The notes beneath the pieces were generated by a model. That model ran no database searches, was not told the DNA's origin, and saw nothing but the letters and a program-made list of their open reading frames with translations. Made by a program: the position numbers and the translations under genes. Of a DNA stretch of 64,000 bases, positions 36,362 through 47,251 are shown piece after piece. Origin of the DNA: Selaginella moellendorffii (Eukaryota; Plantae; Lycopodiophyta); the NCBI RefSeq assembly GCF_000143415.4, contig NW_003314331.1, forward strand, positions 168,244 through 232,243. The letters are read 5' to 3'. Every line of letters begins with the position of its first letter. Positions within the stretch are counted from its first letter, which is position 1.

Positions 36362-37408
36362 TCAAGCATGCACGGCTTTGCCTTTAGAACTCAAAAACTC
36401 CAAGCTTAACAATGTATTGGTCAACAATCTGATCCTGTGCAGTAAGAATTGTGATGTGATTTGGAGAACCATTCTTGTCCATCCTAAAGAATTGCTCCAG
36501 AGCTTGCTTGCCTTTGCCATAACCAAGACTGAGGCCCTTTTTTTTTGGTGGCACCAACATAAACTATCTGTCTCAGTAACAAATCTATCTTTACTGACTT
36601 CAAATACACCATTTGGATATTGAAGTCTATACCAGCAACCCAATTCACTAGATTTAAAAGTAACAATATGATTCCTGAAGTCAATTATTGCTGAGTGCTT
36701 CTTAAGCCAATTCATCCCCAAAAATATGGTATCTATATTCTCTTTTATACCAATAAAATCTGTACTTTCTGAAAAGCTTCCCATTTTATACGTTAAATTC
36801 TCAATTCCATAACCATCTTTCATTTGCACATCTGCAGTTAATCTTTTTGTAAAATACTTGTAATCACGAATTGCTTTGAGCCCAAGTTTCTTGAGAAGTT
36901 GAAGTGTTATAGCTGACCAATCAGAACCATTATCAAATGCAATTGTGATGTGATGATCATTGATTCTCCCACTGTATTCTGCATAATGAAAAGTAGTACA
37001 TATATGTTGATTTATTTTCTTGTATTTTCTGCACTTATATAATTGGTAGTGATCATCAAGGGTACCATCAATCTCCTTGAGGCAATATATAGAATTATTG
37101 ACCTCAAAAGTTAAACTGTTTATAGTGCCACTGCAGTCTAACTCTAAGCAATGTTGATGTATCCAAGGTGAACCCAAAATTATATCATGATCAAGAATCA
37201 ATGGTTTTACAGTCAAACTTGTTCTAAATTCACAATCCTCCACCATAAACTTGAAATCTTTAACTTGTGAATTACTGTCCACAGTAATATTGAATTCATC
37301 TACTAATTTCTGTGAGATAATATCGCTGTCACAACCAGAATCCCAAAAAACATTGATTTTCCTCTCCAACCCATGATCCCCATATAGCCTTCCAAAAGTT
37401 TCTGCCAT
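36362..37408 (-). CDS. Tandem retropepsin-like protease gene, copy 4
   Basis: Open 348-aa ORF with DSG and DNG motifs. Confidence 0.75.
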   Translation of the reverse strand: MAETFGRLYGDHGLERKINVFWDSGCDSDIISQKLVDEFNITVDSNSQVKDFKFMVEDCEFRTSLTVKPLILDHDIILGSPWIHQHCLELDCSGTINSLTFEVNNSIYCLKEIDGTLDDHYQLYKCRKYKKINQHICTTFHYAEYSGRINDHHITIAFDNGSDWSAITLQLLKKLGLKAIRDYKYFTKRLTADVQMKDGYGIENLTYKMGSFSESTDFIGIKENIDTIFLGMNWLKKHSAIIDFRNHIVTFKSSELGCWYRLQYPNGVFEVSKDRFVTETDSLCWCHQKKRASVLVMAKASKLWSNSLGWTRMVLQITSQFLLHRIRLLTNTLLSLEFLSSKGKAVHA

Positions 37409-38791
37409 CAAACCCTAAATTCCCAAAATCCTAGAGTGTGGGAATTTATAAGCCGTCAACTCTTTCCCTTTTATTTGTTACGTGTTCAACCCTTTGAGCT
37501 CGAGAACATCCTCTTGTTAGCAACCAAGTGAACATCGATGTCCTTGTTGCGCCAAAAAGTAACCTCATCACCGAGACCGAGTGTTTCCAGTGTCCGCAAA
37601 CCTGGAGATCACAGGATCATTTCTTTTGCTGTCAATGTTTTTACCTCGTTCTTCCATTTTCCTAACTTCCACTGGCTACGTTGATCCAAAGCACACCATC
37701 ATCCACGTTCAAGCGCTCTCCTTCCTGTCGTGTAAGATGCAAATTCATGGATTAAACAAAGTTTCTACAAGACAAGTCACGCAAATTATCCAGACAACAT
37801 GGCATTTTAAACCTTTTGGACAGCCAGAATAAGGGAAGCTCATTCGACACACGAAAAGTATGCAAGCCAAGCAAAACAGAAGAAAAACGAGAGGAAACAC
37901 GAGCTTTTGTGGCTCTACCAACATGAGTGACAAATCCATGGTAAGCTTGCGGAGCTGCTTGTTTAACAAGGCCACTGCTGGTTGGAAGGCATGCTGAGCG
38001 AGAAAATGATGAACATTGGGGGCCAATGGGACCAGAAACTTCCATGCTTTGCTGTAGGATTACGCAACGATTACATACCTTTAAACCGCTTCCCCTCTCC
38101 TTGCTTTATCCTTGTTCTTCGCTGTTCTTGCTTGTGTTCTGCTCGTTTCTCTTGAGTCCCCATGCCTTCCTGTTAAAAAAAGCATTAAATCATTCCCACA
38201 ACTGTTTCCCACGATGTTGTAAATCCGACTGACCTCGGGCATAGATGTTGGACGTGAGAGAGTACGCAGAGCCTGTTCCGTCGTCGAGCTTGAGAACCGA
38301 CTTGAAGGCCATCCAGCCAAGCTCCACATCTCTCCACTTGAGGCACGAACTTAAGAATACACCAACGCGTCCGCCTTGCAAGGCCACGCTCTTTGAGCGC
38401 CTCGTTTTGAGCGAGAGAACTTCCCACCGATGCCTCTGTATCCAGCCATCGACCATCTAAAGCCTGCCCGGAATCCTCTCTATCAAGCTCTTGGTTTTTT
38501 CTGCGTTTTCTTCTGTGGCATAAGATACAAATGGGACCAACCTTTGTTTCCATCAAGGACAGATTATTAGTAAGAAATGATAAAGCGAGCTCATATTTTT
38601 CATACCTCGAGCCTGACCAGTTTGCCGCTGCTAAAAAACCTGCAACGTTTCAAGTTCCTTCTCCAGCCATTGGAATGCAGCAAGATCGCTTGACTTATCC
38701 CTCGACAAGCACCAGCTCTACGTCAATATCTCTGCAAGAAAATATATAAAAATCACCTGGATGCTAGAAACGAATAGCCAGATACCTCTCT

Positions 38792-39681
38792 TTAGACACG
38801 ATGCAGCATTTCAAGTTCTTTCTCCAGCCACTGCAATGCAGCAAGATCGTTTGACTTATCCCTGCACCACTCAACTGGTAGCTCTACGTTAATATCTCTG
38901 CAAGAAAAAGGAAATAAGAAAATCACCTGGATGCTAGAAAAGAATAGCCAGTTACCTGCGTAAGGACAAAACTTCCATGTTTTTCTCAAGCAACACGGAA
39001 TGCTCTTTGAGAGCATCTTGTCTGTATGGCTTCCCAACCGCTCGAATTGCCGCTGCACTTAATATATTTTCTAGCGAGCCGTGCTTCCTCATAAGTTTCA
39101 GAGCTGTTTTCCGTCCAAAACCAGGCACACCGGGACCACCATCAGCAGCATCCCCTAGCAAGCATCCTTGGAAAGAAAAAAACAAGAAGAAATAATCAGC
39201 CAAACTTACGAAACTGGATATATACGAAGTCCCAATTCAATCCCAGGCTCGCGTTTGTGTTGTTCAACGTAATCCTTGACAGTGTGAAACGACCACCTCC
39301 GTAGATCCGCAAATGGAATCAGCAGCTCAACGTTTTCCGAAACGAGCTGCTTGAAATCTTTATCCGGGGATGCAAGACTGCTTTCAAACTCCTGTCTGTT
39401 TTCAAACTCCTGTCTGTAACTTGCCGAGCTAGTGTCGTAACGACGTCGTCCGCTTCAGCATTATCAACTAACCTGTCAGCAAAGAACTTGGAATTTTAGC
39501 TCATGGAAAAATGAAAGATCGAGGACATACGTCGAAGAAAGCATTGGAAACGAGAGAAACTCGCCTCTAAACCCCTTGTCCATTTGAAGCTCGGATCTAG
39601 AGGCTTGAATTTCCTCCTTCCAGCCTTGTAAGAAGGAAGAATTTTTCTCCTATAGTCATTCCCAAATTCGCCATCGAAAAC
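38792..39681 (-). pseudogene. 5'-truncated OEX2-like gene (unit 3)
   Basis: Near-identical to 27196-28085. Confidence 0.8.
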
Positions 39682-39688
39682 CTGCGCT

Positions 39689-39770
39689 ATGCTTCAACCA
39701 GGCGAAGAAGGAAAGGAAGGAGACGGTGAAGGAAGAGAAGATTGCCAAGAGCAAGATGGAAGAAGGAAGT
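39689..39770 (+). repeat. 82-bp DnaJ-derived insert (unit 3)
   Basis: Same as 28093-28174. Confidence 0.92.
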
Positions 39771-40520
39771 ATCCGGTGGAGTGTCTCCACGACGCATTCG
39801 AGCATAGATATCGAGAGCTTCACCACCCTCGCCGCTGCTGGCCATACCCGAGAATCATGCAGTTCCATGTCACCACACTACGATGGCTCATTCCTTCGAA
39901 AACTCGACGAGCCTCTGTCAAGCTCCCACATTTTGCGTAAAGATCAATCAAGGTGCTCGCGACGAAGAGATCCGAGTCTAAGCCAAGTTTTACTGCTTTC
40001 CTGTGAATCTCCCTGCTCCTCTCTAAGAATACCACCCGTTGACCATCCAAAGCCTGCCCGGAATCCTTCTCTATCAAGCTGGAACAAGCCTTGAGAGCAC
40101 CAGGAACTGATACTCGATCCGGTTTGTACCCTTCGTCTCCCAGACGAGCAAACAACTGTAGAGCCATTTCACCATTTCCACTCTGTGCATATCATATCCC
40201 TGTACGATCGAATTCCAGGAGACAACATCGCGATGTGGCATGCTGTCAAATGTTCCACGAGCATCTATCATGCTTCCGCATTTCGCGTACAGATCAAGCA
40301 GGATGTTGGCGACGATAATGTTTGAGAAGTCACCTGTCTCGGAAACATCCCTGTTAATTCTCCTGCCTAGTTGTAGATCTCTCATGCTTCTACATACCTT
40401 GAGAGCACCAACAACAATGCCAATGGCTGGTTTCAATCCCTGACGTTGCATTCGTCTGTACACTCCATTTGAAAGACCCTGAGGTTTCTGCAGAAGTGGA
40501 CCAACCTTCGCTTCCATCAA
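39771..40520 (-). pseudogene. 5' half of the PPR pseudogene (unit 3)
   Basis: Near-identical to 8124-8872, with an extra 1-bp insertion near 39842. Confidence 0.85.
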
Positions 40521-40760
40521 GGACAGACTATGGATTCTACGAAGGCCGTAGTAAGAAACGATAAAGCGAGCTCAAAATTTTCATACCTTGAGCCTGATCA
40601 GTTCACCGCTGCTAAACAACCTGCAACGTTTCAAGTTCCTTCAATGCAGCAAGATCGCTTGACTTATCCCTCGACAAGCACCAGCTCTACGTCAATATCT
40701 CTGCAAGAAAATATATTAAAATCACCTGGATGCTAGAAACGAATAGCCAGATACCTCTGT

Positions 40761-41124
40761 TTAGACACAATGCAGCATTTCAATTTCTTTCTCCAGCCAC
40801 TGCAATGCAGCAAGATCGTTTGACTTATCCCTGGACAAGCACCACTCAACTGGTAGCTCTACGTTAATATCTCTGCAAGAAAAAGGAAATAAGAAAATCA
40901 CCTGGATGCTAGAAAAGAATAGCCAGTTACCTGCGTAAGGACAAAACTTCCAAGTTTTTCTCAAGCAACACGGAATGCTCCTTGAGAGCATCTTGCATGT
41001 ATGGCTTCACAACCGTCCGAATTGCCGCTGCACTTACTAGATTTTCTAGCGAGCCGTGCTTCCTCATAAGTTTCAGAGCTGTAAAACCAGGCACACCGGG
41101 AACACCATCAGCAGCATACCCTAG
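40761..41124 (-). pseudogene. OEX2-like 3' fragment (unit 3, mosaic type)
   Basis: RDINVELPVEWCLSRDKSNDLAALQWLE plus GYAADGVPGVPGFTALKL. Confidence 0.75.
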
Positions 41125-41975
41125 CACAAGCGCTCACACACTCGCGACTCCAAGCTCAAGCACAAACGAGAATGACTTACAGTGAAAACGAGATGCCATC
41201 CGACTTGCTCCCGCAGTAGCAAAGCGGCCATCCGATGGAGCTCGCCGTGGCGCCACCAGGAACTGGGGATTCCGAGCTCGCCCTGGCGCCATTCTGAGCG
41301 GGAGCGCGCTGTGCGATCCAAGACGCGGCCGCCATGGACAATTGTACCCTAAATATTTTTAAAAATTTCTGTCGGCGTTGGCTTGGAAATCGCTCGATCG
41401 AGAGAGAACTCTCGCGGCTAAGCGCCCGGACCAGGCAGTGGGAGAATGGAGGATGAAAGTCAACCGCCTTGGATCAAATTCACAAAATGACAACAGATTG
41501 CCGCTCGATACATGGCCTCTCGCCCTTTCTTTCGACGATCTCACAGCACCACGAGCTCGGCCTCATCCTGCTCCTGCTCCTCTCGCTGCATCACGATTCT
41601 CGCGCATCTTCTTCTCTGAAACAGCAAGATTTCAGCTCGCGAGCCAGAGATCGAGAGAGAAAGAGAGAATCTTTGCCAAGATTTCGAGTGTGAGGGAGAG
41701 ATTGAGAGTGAGGGAGAGATATTTCGGGAGAGATTGCACGAGATTTCACCTTGCGCAGCTTGAGCCTTGGCCCTTTCCTTGTCCTGGCGCTGCCGTTGGG
41801 ATTCACTGATCCCGCGACGTTCCTTCCTCGGCATTCTCCTCTTCCCCTTCTTCTCGTTGTCGGCTGCCCTCGTCGAGCTTTTGCCCGCCATCGCACCTCC
41901 TCCACACAAAAAACCCTCGCAACGAAGCAATGAAGAAGAAACGAATATTCATGTTTTTAAATTTATTCCCGCCCT

Positions 41976-42135
41976 CGCATACAAGATCCTAGCCGACCAC
42001 GTGGCAAGGCGAGCGATTCAAATGAATTACCATGCCAGCCGAGCATTACCATGGCGTTCTTTGTTTTTAATTTGACGGCGTAAGCTCTGGTGACTGCCCC
42101 GCATACACGATCGTAGCCGACCACGTGGCGAGGCC
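41976..42135. promoter_or_regulatory. Duplicated ~35-bp motif, each copy containing a G-box/ABRE (CCACGTGGC), in a divergent promoter
   Basis: gcatacaagatcctagccgaCCACGTGGcaaggc (CCACGTGG at 41997) and gcatacacgatcgtagccgaCCACGTGGcgaggc (at 42121). Also present upstream of 19218 and 30796. Confidence 0.5.
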
Positions 42136-42261
42136 ATGGTGGCCGTGGCAGCAGACCATTTCCAGGTTTAACGACTAACTGCTATAACATTGTCACGCGA
42201 ACAGAGTGGCGGCAGCTCCGGCGGCGCAATGCTCTCGGGGTAGCGCGAGCATGATCCAGCC

Positions 42262-45200
42262 ATGGAAGCTCTCAATGGCGTCAAGAAGAGGCATTTCAGG
42301 GTAGAGGGTTTCCAGTGGCCCTTCTCGCGCGTGGCTATGGAGTGGAGGCCTGGCGCCGGCACCGCCAAGCGCAAGAAGATCTCCAGCGACATCAATGTCG
42401 CCACTCCTCCTCCTCCTCCTTTACTTCCTCACCCTTCCTCACTCCTCTCCCTCCGGCAGCTCAATCACTCACCACCACCGCACGATCCAAACTTTCTCCG
42501 CGCGCTCCAGGCCAATGCTCTTCGGACAATGTCGGTGAATGGGAAGGGCTTCCTATCGAATCCTTGGTCGAACAGGGCAGCTTGGTCCAGGGTCCAGAGC
42601 ACGCTCGGGTCGAAGAAGGATCACGGTGGGGATTTGATGAACAAGAAGAGGCAGCTGGAGCTGTGGGACTTGGCGGGGTTCTCTCGTGAGAAGTTAAAGC
42701 TTCTCAATGAGATTGAGGTGCTCATCGACTCGGAGGAGAATGCTTTGAACATGGAAGCTTCTGCTAAGGTTGGTCGATGGCTCCTTCTTTCTTGAGTTTA
42801 GACCATCGTTTTATTTCTTCTTTCTTCTTTATAGGCCGCGGAAGGACGTCTTCGAAGCTTGCTGGATATCTGCGTATGCTCTCAATGCCAGGAGAATATA
42901 GAGAACAGGATAGCTCTACAAAGCGTGAGAACCAAAGGTTTGGACGATGGCAAGGTTATTTCAGCAAGAACGAATGTAGCGACTGCAAAGCAAGAGGATC
43001 AGACAGCACCAGCGCTGGAAGGTCCCAAAACCACGAAGGTGACACTTAGATATAGTTTTCTAGGTCGGAAGTATTGATTTGGTTGCGTGTTCTCAGCTTC
43101 CAGAATCTCTCGAAAAGGAAAGAGAGAAGGAGAGGCGCTTCTTTCTTGGAAATGTGAAAGAAGCCATGGAGCGTGACCGGGTTGCGCTTGACAACTTTCT
43201 GCAGAAGCAGAGGCTCAAGCATGAAGTGTCTAAGCAGAAACTTGGCGAGGTGAAGGGGAGCTTTCTTGGGAAGTATCTGAGCTTTCTTGACAACTCACTG
43301 GACGATGCTCTCCAAAAGGACGATTTAAGCGACAAGCACGACCAGGTTTTCAAGTCTTTTACGTGTTGCTTTATTTGATCTCGAGGTCTCACTTTAGATT
43401 TCCTGTGTTAGGATTCAGAAGGTTTGGAGGATCCTTCCAAACTTCGCAAGGATCAAACTCCTGAGCTGGAACGATCTTCTGAAAAGTCCGATGATCGTAC
43501 CGAAGAATCTATTACAACTAGAGAAGCTGGAAGAAAACCTGCAGACGTTTCGCTTAGCACAGACGCGAAAAAGCTTCACGAGACAATTCACAAGCTGCTG
43601 GACAAGAACAAGCAGCTCCAGGAGATGCTCTCCGGGCGACAAAACTCGCACGATCATCAAAGACAGAACGTTAACGGGCTGGAGCACATTACAAAGCTGG
43701 AGATTTCTTGCAGCTGCAAGAGTCCGTGGGAGATGAGGCCCCCGAGAATTTTCAACTTCACCAGAAAGACGACGTCGAGAGTGTTGCAAACTTCTGGAGA
43801 GCTTGATATTGGGAGTCTTGAGGAAACTGCAGGGACAAGAACAGGCTACGAGGGGTTTCCTCAAGGCTACTCGTACCTCTACGTCTCTCCAGCTTTCGAG
43901 ACAGAAAATGTCGACCCGAACACGCAAACTCGTAACGAAGATCGCTCTGCTAGTAAACACGTTGTGACGAATCCCGTGAAGCTTCACAAGCTAAAGCAAG
44001 AACAGGAGGTGACGCACAGCCAGGAACAGAACTTTTGTCCAAAGGTACCTGAGTTCTTTGATGAAACTTAGCCGGTCTTTCAATCTTTTGTTATTTTACT
44101 CCAGTTCAAGCTCTCGTCACTGCCGGCGTTATGCAGCAGCTTCACACAAACAACATGTGATTCCAGAGGTTTGAAGCAGCTTGATTTACAACAGCCGAAA
44201 GTTCGTCCCCAGTTAGAAGAGAGTAAAGCGAAAACTGATGAACATTCACTAGTAGAAAGACAAGACAAAGCTGTCGACGCTGGAGACTCGAGTGATGAAA
44301 CTGATGTTTCTAGCGCAATGCTTATAGACGTCATCAGGTAATGCTTGCTCAATAGCGTTACTCGTTCTAAACTGTTTGTACTTCAGGAACTGGAGGATGC
44401 AAGCTTTAGTACCGAAAGATTTGCTGGAAAACAAAGACTCCTGTACTCAGACTGCTGTAAGCTTGACCGAGGTTGGACAAATCACAGAGGGAAAGCCTGT
44501 TGTCGAGAAATTCACACAAGGTGGAGGAAAATCTTTCGTCTTCATTTTTCACCTTAACTGACGAAACTGCTTGTTAATTACTAGGAGATGCTTTGCTAGA
44601 ACTCTCACTTCTGTGCCAAGAAGAAGAGAATAAACTGAAAGCTTTGGAGGAACTTGATGTCAAGGACTCTCACAACAATCTATCAGAAACCACGGAAAAC
44701 TTTTCCGGTGACGAGCTCATTGAGGTAATGAATCTATTTTCTTTTCCTCTTCCTTTCATTTACAGAATTACAGGTGACGACTCAACTTTCCGAAAGCGTC
44801 GAGGGCGTTGCGAGAGATCGGTCAACCGAACAACTGGAGGCTGCGTTCAAGAGAAAAGTAAGTTTCTTTTGAAGATCCTGAAGTAGAAAGGAAGCCTAGC
44901 TAATGCGGTCACTTTAGTCCAGGAAGAGGAGCTTGAGAACATAGTTCGCATGATGAGCTCCAAACTGGTGGAAAGCCAAGATAGAGTTGATGCGCTAGAG
45001 AAATCTCTCGCAGAGAAGAACTTCAAGGTGGAAGAGATGCTCGAGGTCTTGAAGACTTTTCAAGCCGAGGAATCCCAGGACAGCTGCAAAAGGATTGCAG
45101 CACTGGAGCAAGCGTTAGCCGAGAAAAGCTTTAGCATGGACCAGATGTCTCGGGCCTTGGCCACTGCGAATTCTTACGCCGAGCAGCTGCGAAAAGATTT

Positions 45201-46959
45201 CGAAGAAGCATTCGATGATACACTGAGGAAAGAACTTGCGACTAGCCAAGACACTATCTCAAACTTAGTGGAAGAAGCGGCCGAAAAGGACGTAAAACTC
45301 GAAGAGATGAAGCTGGAAATGGAGGCCATTCAGAACCTAAAGTCCGCTTCCGATGTGAGTCGCACTGGATTGGAAGCGAAGGTATCAGAAGAAAGACACA
45401 ACGTAAGTCATCGCAGAACTTTTTCTCTATCTCTCCATCAGAGCTTTTGTTGATCGCTACTTGTTGCATCTTTGCAGGCGAGGGAGGCGTACGCGAGCTT
45501 GGAGTCTGTGAAAAGTGAGCTTTCGAATTGCCAAGCCAAGGCACGGACGATGGAAGAAGCTGTTGCACAGAGAAACGCCACCGTGCAAAGGCTGGCGCTT
45601 CAACTCAAGGAGATGGAGAATTCTCAGTCCGTGTTTGAGAAATCCCAGGCCATGCTAACCAGGCAGCTGGAGGGTGCTAGAAACAGTGTAAGTCCAACTT
45701 CTGGATCACCTTGCAAAAAAACTCTTTGTTCTCTTGCAGGTGAAAGAGATGGTACAAATTCTAGGAACCGAGCGGCTTAGCAACACCGAAAAATACGTGT
45801 CTCTTGAGGAAGCCTTGAATGCCAAAAGCACGAAGATCAAAGAGCTGGAGCTCAAGGCACAGGAAATGCAGAAGCTCAAGTCTGCGATGGAGCTGGAGAT
45901 GAAGAATGCAACAGAGAATGTTAGCTTGCTCTCTGATCGAAGCCAAAGTTGTAAGTGATTCTCAGTTCATGTTCTAACTGTTTTTTATTTTGTCTCCGCA
46001 GGCGAAGAGCTTGCATGCCACACTGAGCACCGTCAAGCGTGATCTCTCCAGAGCGGATCACAAAACAGTGGCGATGGAGCAGTCTCTCGCGGCAAAGGAC
46101 GCAAAGCTACAACAGTTGCAAGACCAGGTGGTGGCTCTCGAGTTTGAGAACTTCCAGCTGCGAGGCCAGTCGAGAGCGGCCGAGAAGCAGTCCAGCGATC
46201 ACAAGCGCCAGTTCGAAGACCTGGTTGCCATCAACGAGGAGCTTCTCAGCTTTTCTCAAGGAAAAGAGAACGAGGTATGGCGCTAGTGCGCTTGTTTCAC
46301 TCGCTAGAAAGCTGGCGCTTTGTTTCTCGTTCCAGCTGCTTGCATGCCGGAAGAAAATGGCCGGGCTCCAGCAGAAACTCTCGCAAAAATCGGTGGAGTG
46401 TTCGTCGCTGATGAAGGAGATCGAGGCCTTGCAGCTCGACTCTGGCCAGACGCAAGCAGTGCTCATGCGCGAGCGCTTCCGGGCGATGAAGCAGAGCCTC
46501 GCGGACAGCGAGTACGAGGTGAGGCAGCGCGACGAGGCCATCGAGAGGCTGTCCAAGAGCCTGGCATCGGCGGTGGAGACCGAGGACGCGCTACTCCAAG
46601 AGGCCGAGCAGCTCAGCTTGCTGCTCAAGACGAGCCAGTTCAAGGAGCACGAGCTCACCGATCGATCCGGGCAGCTCCGCGCGGAGAAGCAGAGCTTGGA
46701 GGAAAGCGTTCGCGGGCTGGAGCGAAAGCTGGTGCTCGTGAGAGTGGAGGTGGCGGAGCTCAACGCGCAAAACTCCGCGCTCACGAAGGCGAGCGAGGAC
46801 AAGGCGAAGGAGATCGCGCAGCTGCGAAGAGAGGTGGAGCAAGCGCGAGGGAAGTGTCAGATCCTGGAGGAGGATTTGCTCGAGAAAGAGGGGCAAATCG
46901 CCATCCTCAAGGAGTCCTTCGCGGACGATACCACGGCGTGGTTAAAGTCTTGTACATAG
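42262..46959 (+). CDS. Large multi-exon coiled-coil protein (myosin-tail/paramyosin-like, uncharacterised)
   Basis: Successive E/K/L/Q-rich heptad ORFs separated by short GT-AG introns. C-terminus CQILEEDLLEKEGQIAILKESF...*. Parent of the truncated copies upstream. Confidence 0.8.
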
Positions 46960-47251
46960 CGAGAGGAAGAAGATGGGTTAAGCTAAATAAGGGAAAATTG
47001 ACTTAATCTTAAGCTAAACGAGGCAAATTTGCGTTAGTCTAAACCACGGTAAGCTAATTTGTGTTAAACCAAACGAGGGAAGTTTAATTTAATGCGGTCC
47101 AGGGTTTGCATTTCAAGTGTATGTAGCTATGGCGGAAATTTATTTCTAGGGTTTGTGTGTTCTTGGAGCGCCAAGCGATGCCGCCGGGCTCCGGCGCGGC
47201 GCGATCCCGGTAGGCGCTAGGGCTTCTCTGCAGGTGAGTGGCGGCGCGGCG

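Larger units (their letters stand above)
20837..43900. repeat. Near-identical tandem segmental duplication with ~11.6 kb period (20837-32425 / 32429-43900), with further homology to 1-9974 and 18499-20450
   Basis: Equivalent ORFs are offset by 11596 bp (24766/36362, 22445/34041, 27196/38792). Positions 1-4716 match ~22302-27025. Confidence 0.92.

Noticed and set aside
20837-43900. Repeat unit as a Pack-MULE or Helitron
   Set aside because: No terminal inverted repeats with TSD and no convincing TC...hairpin-CTRR ends seen by eye. The donors are local genes. Not fully excluded because the array extends beyond the left edge.
46107-46802. 231-aa antisense ORF, and similar antisense ORFs over DnaJ, PPR and subtilase
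   Set aside because: Shadow ORFs of GC-rich coding sequence on the other strand, with no protein-like motifs.
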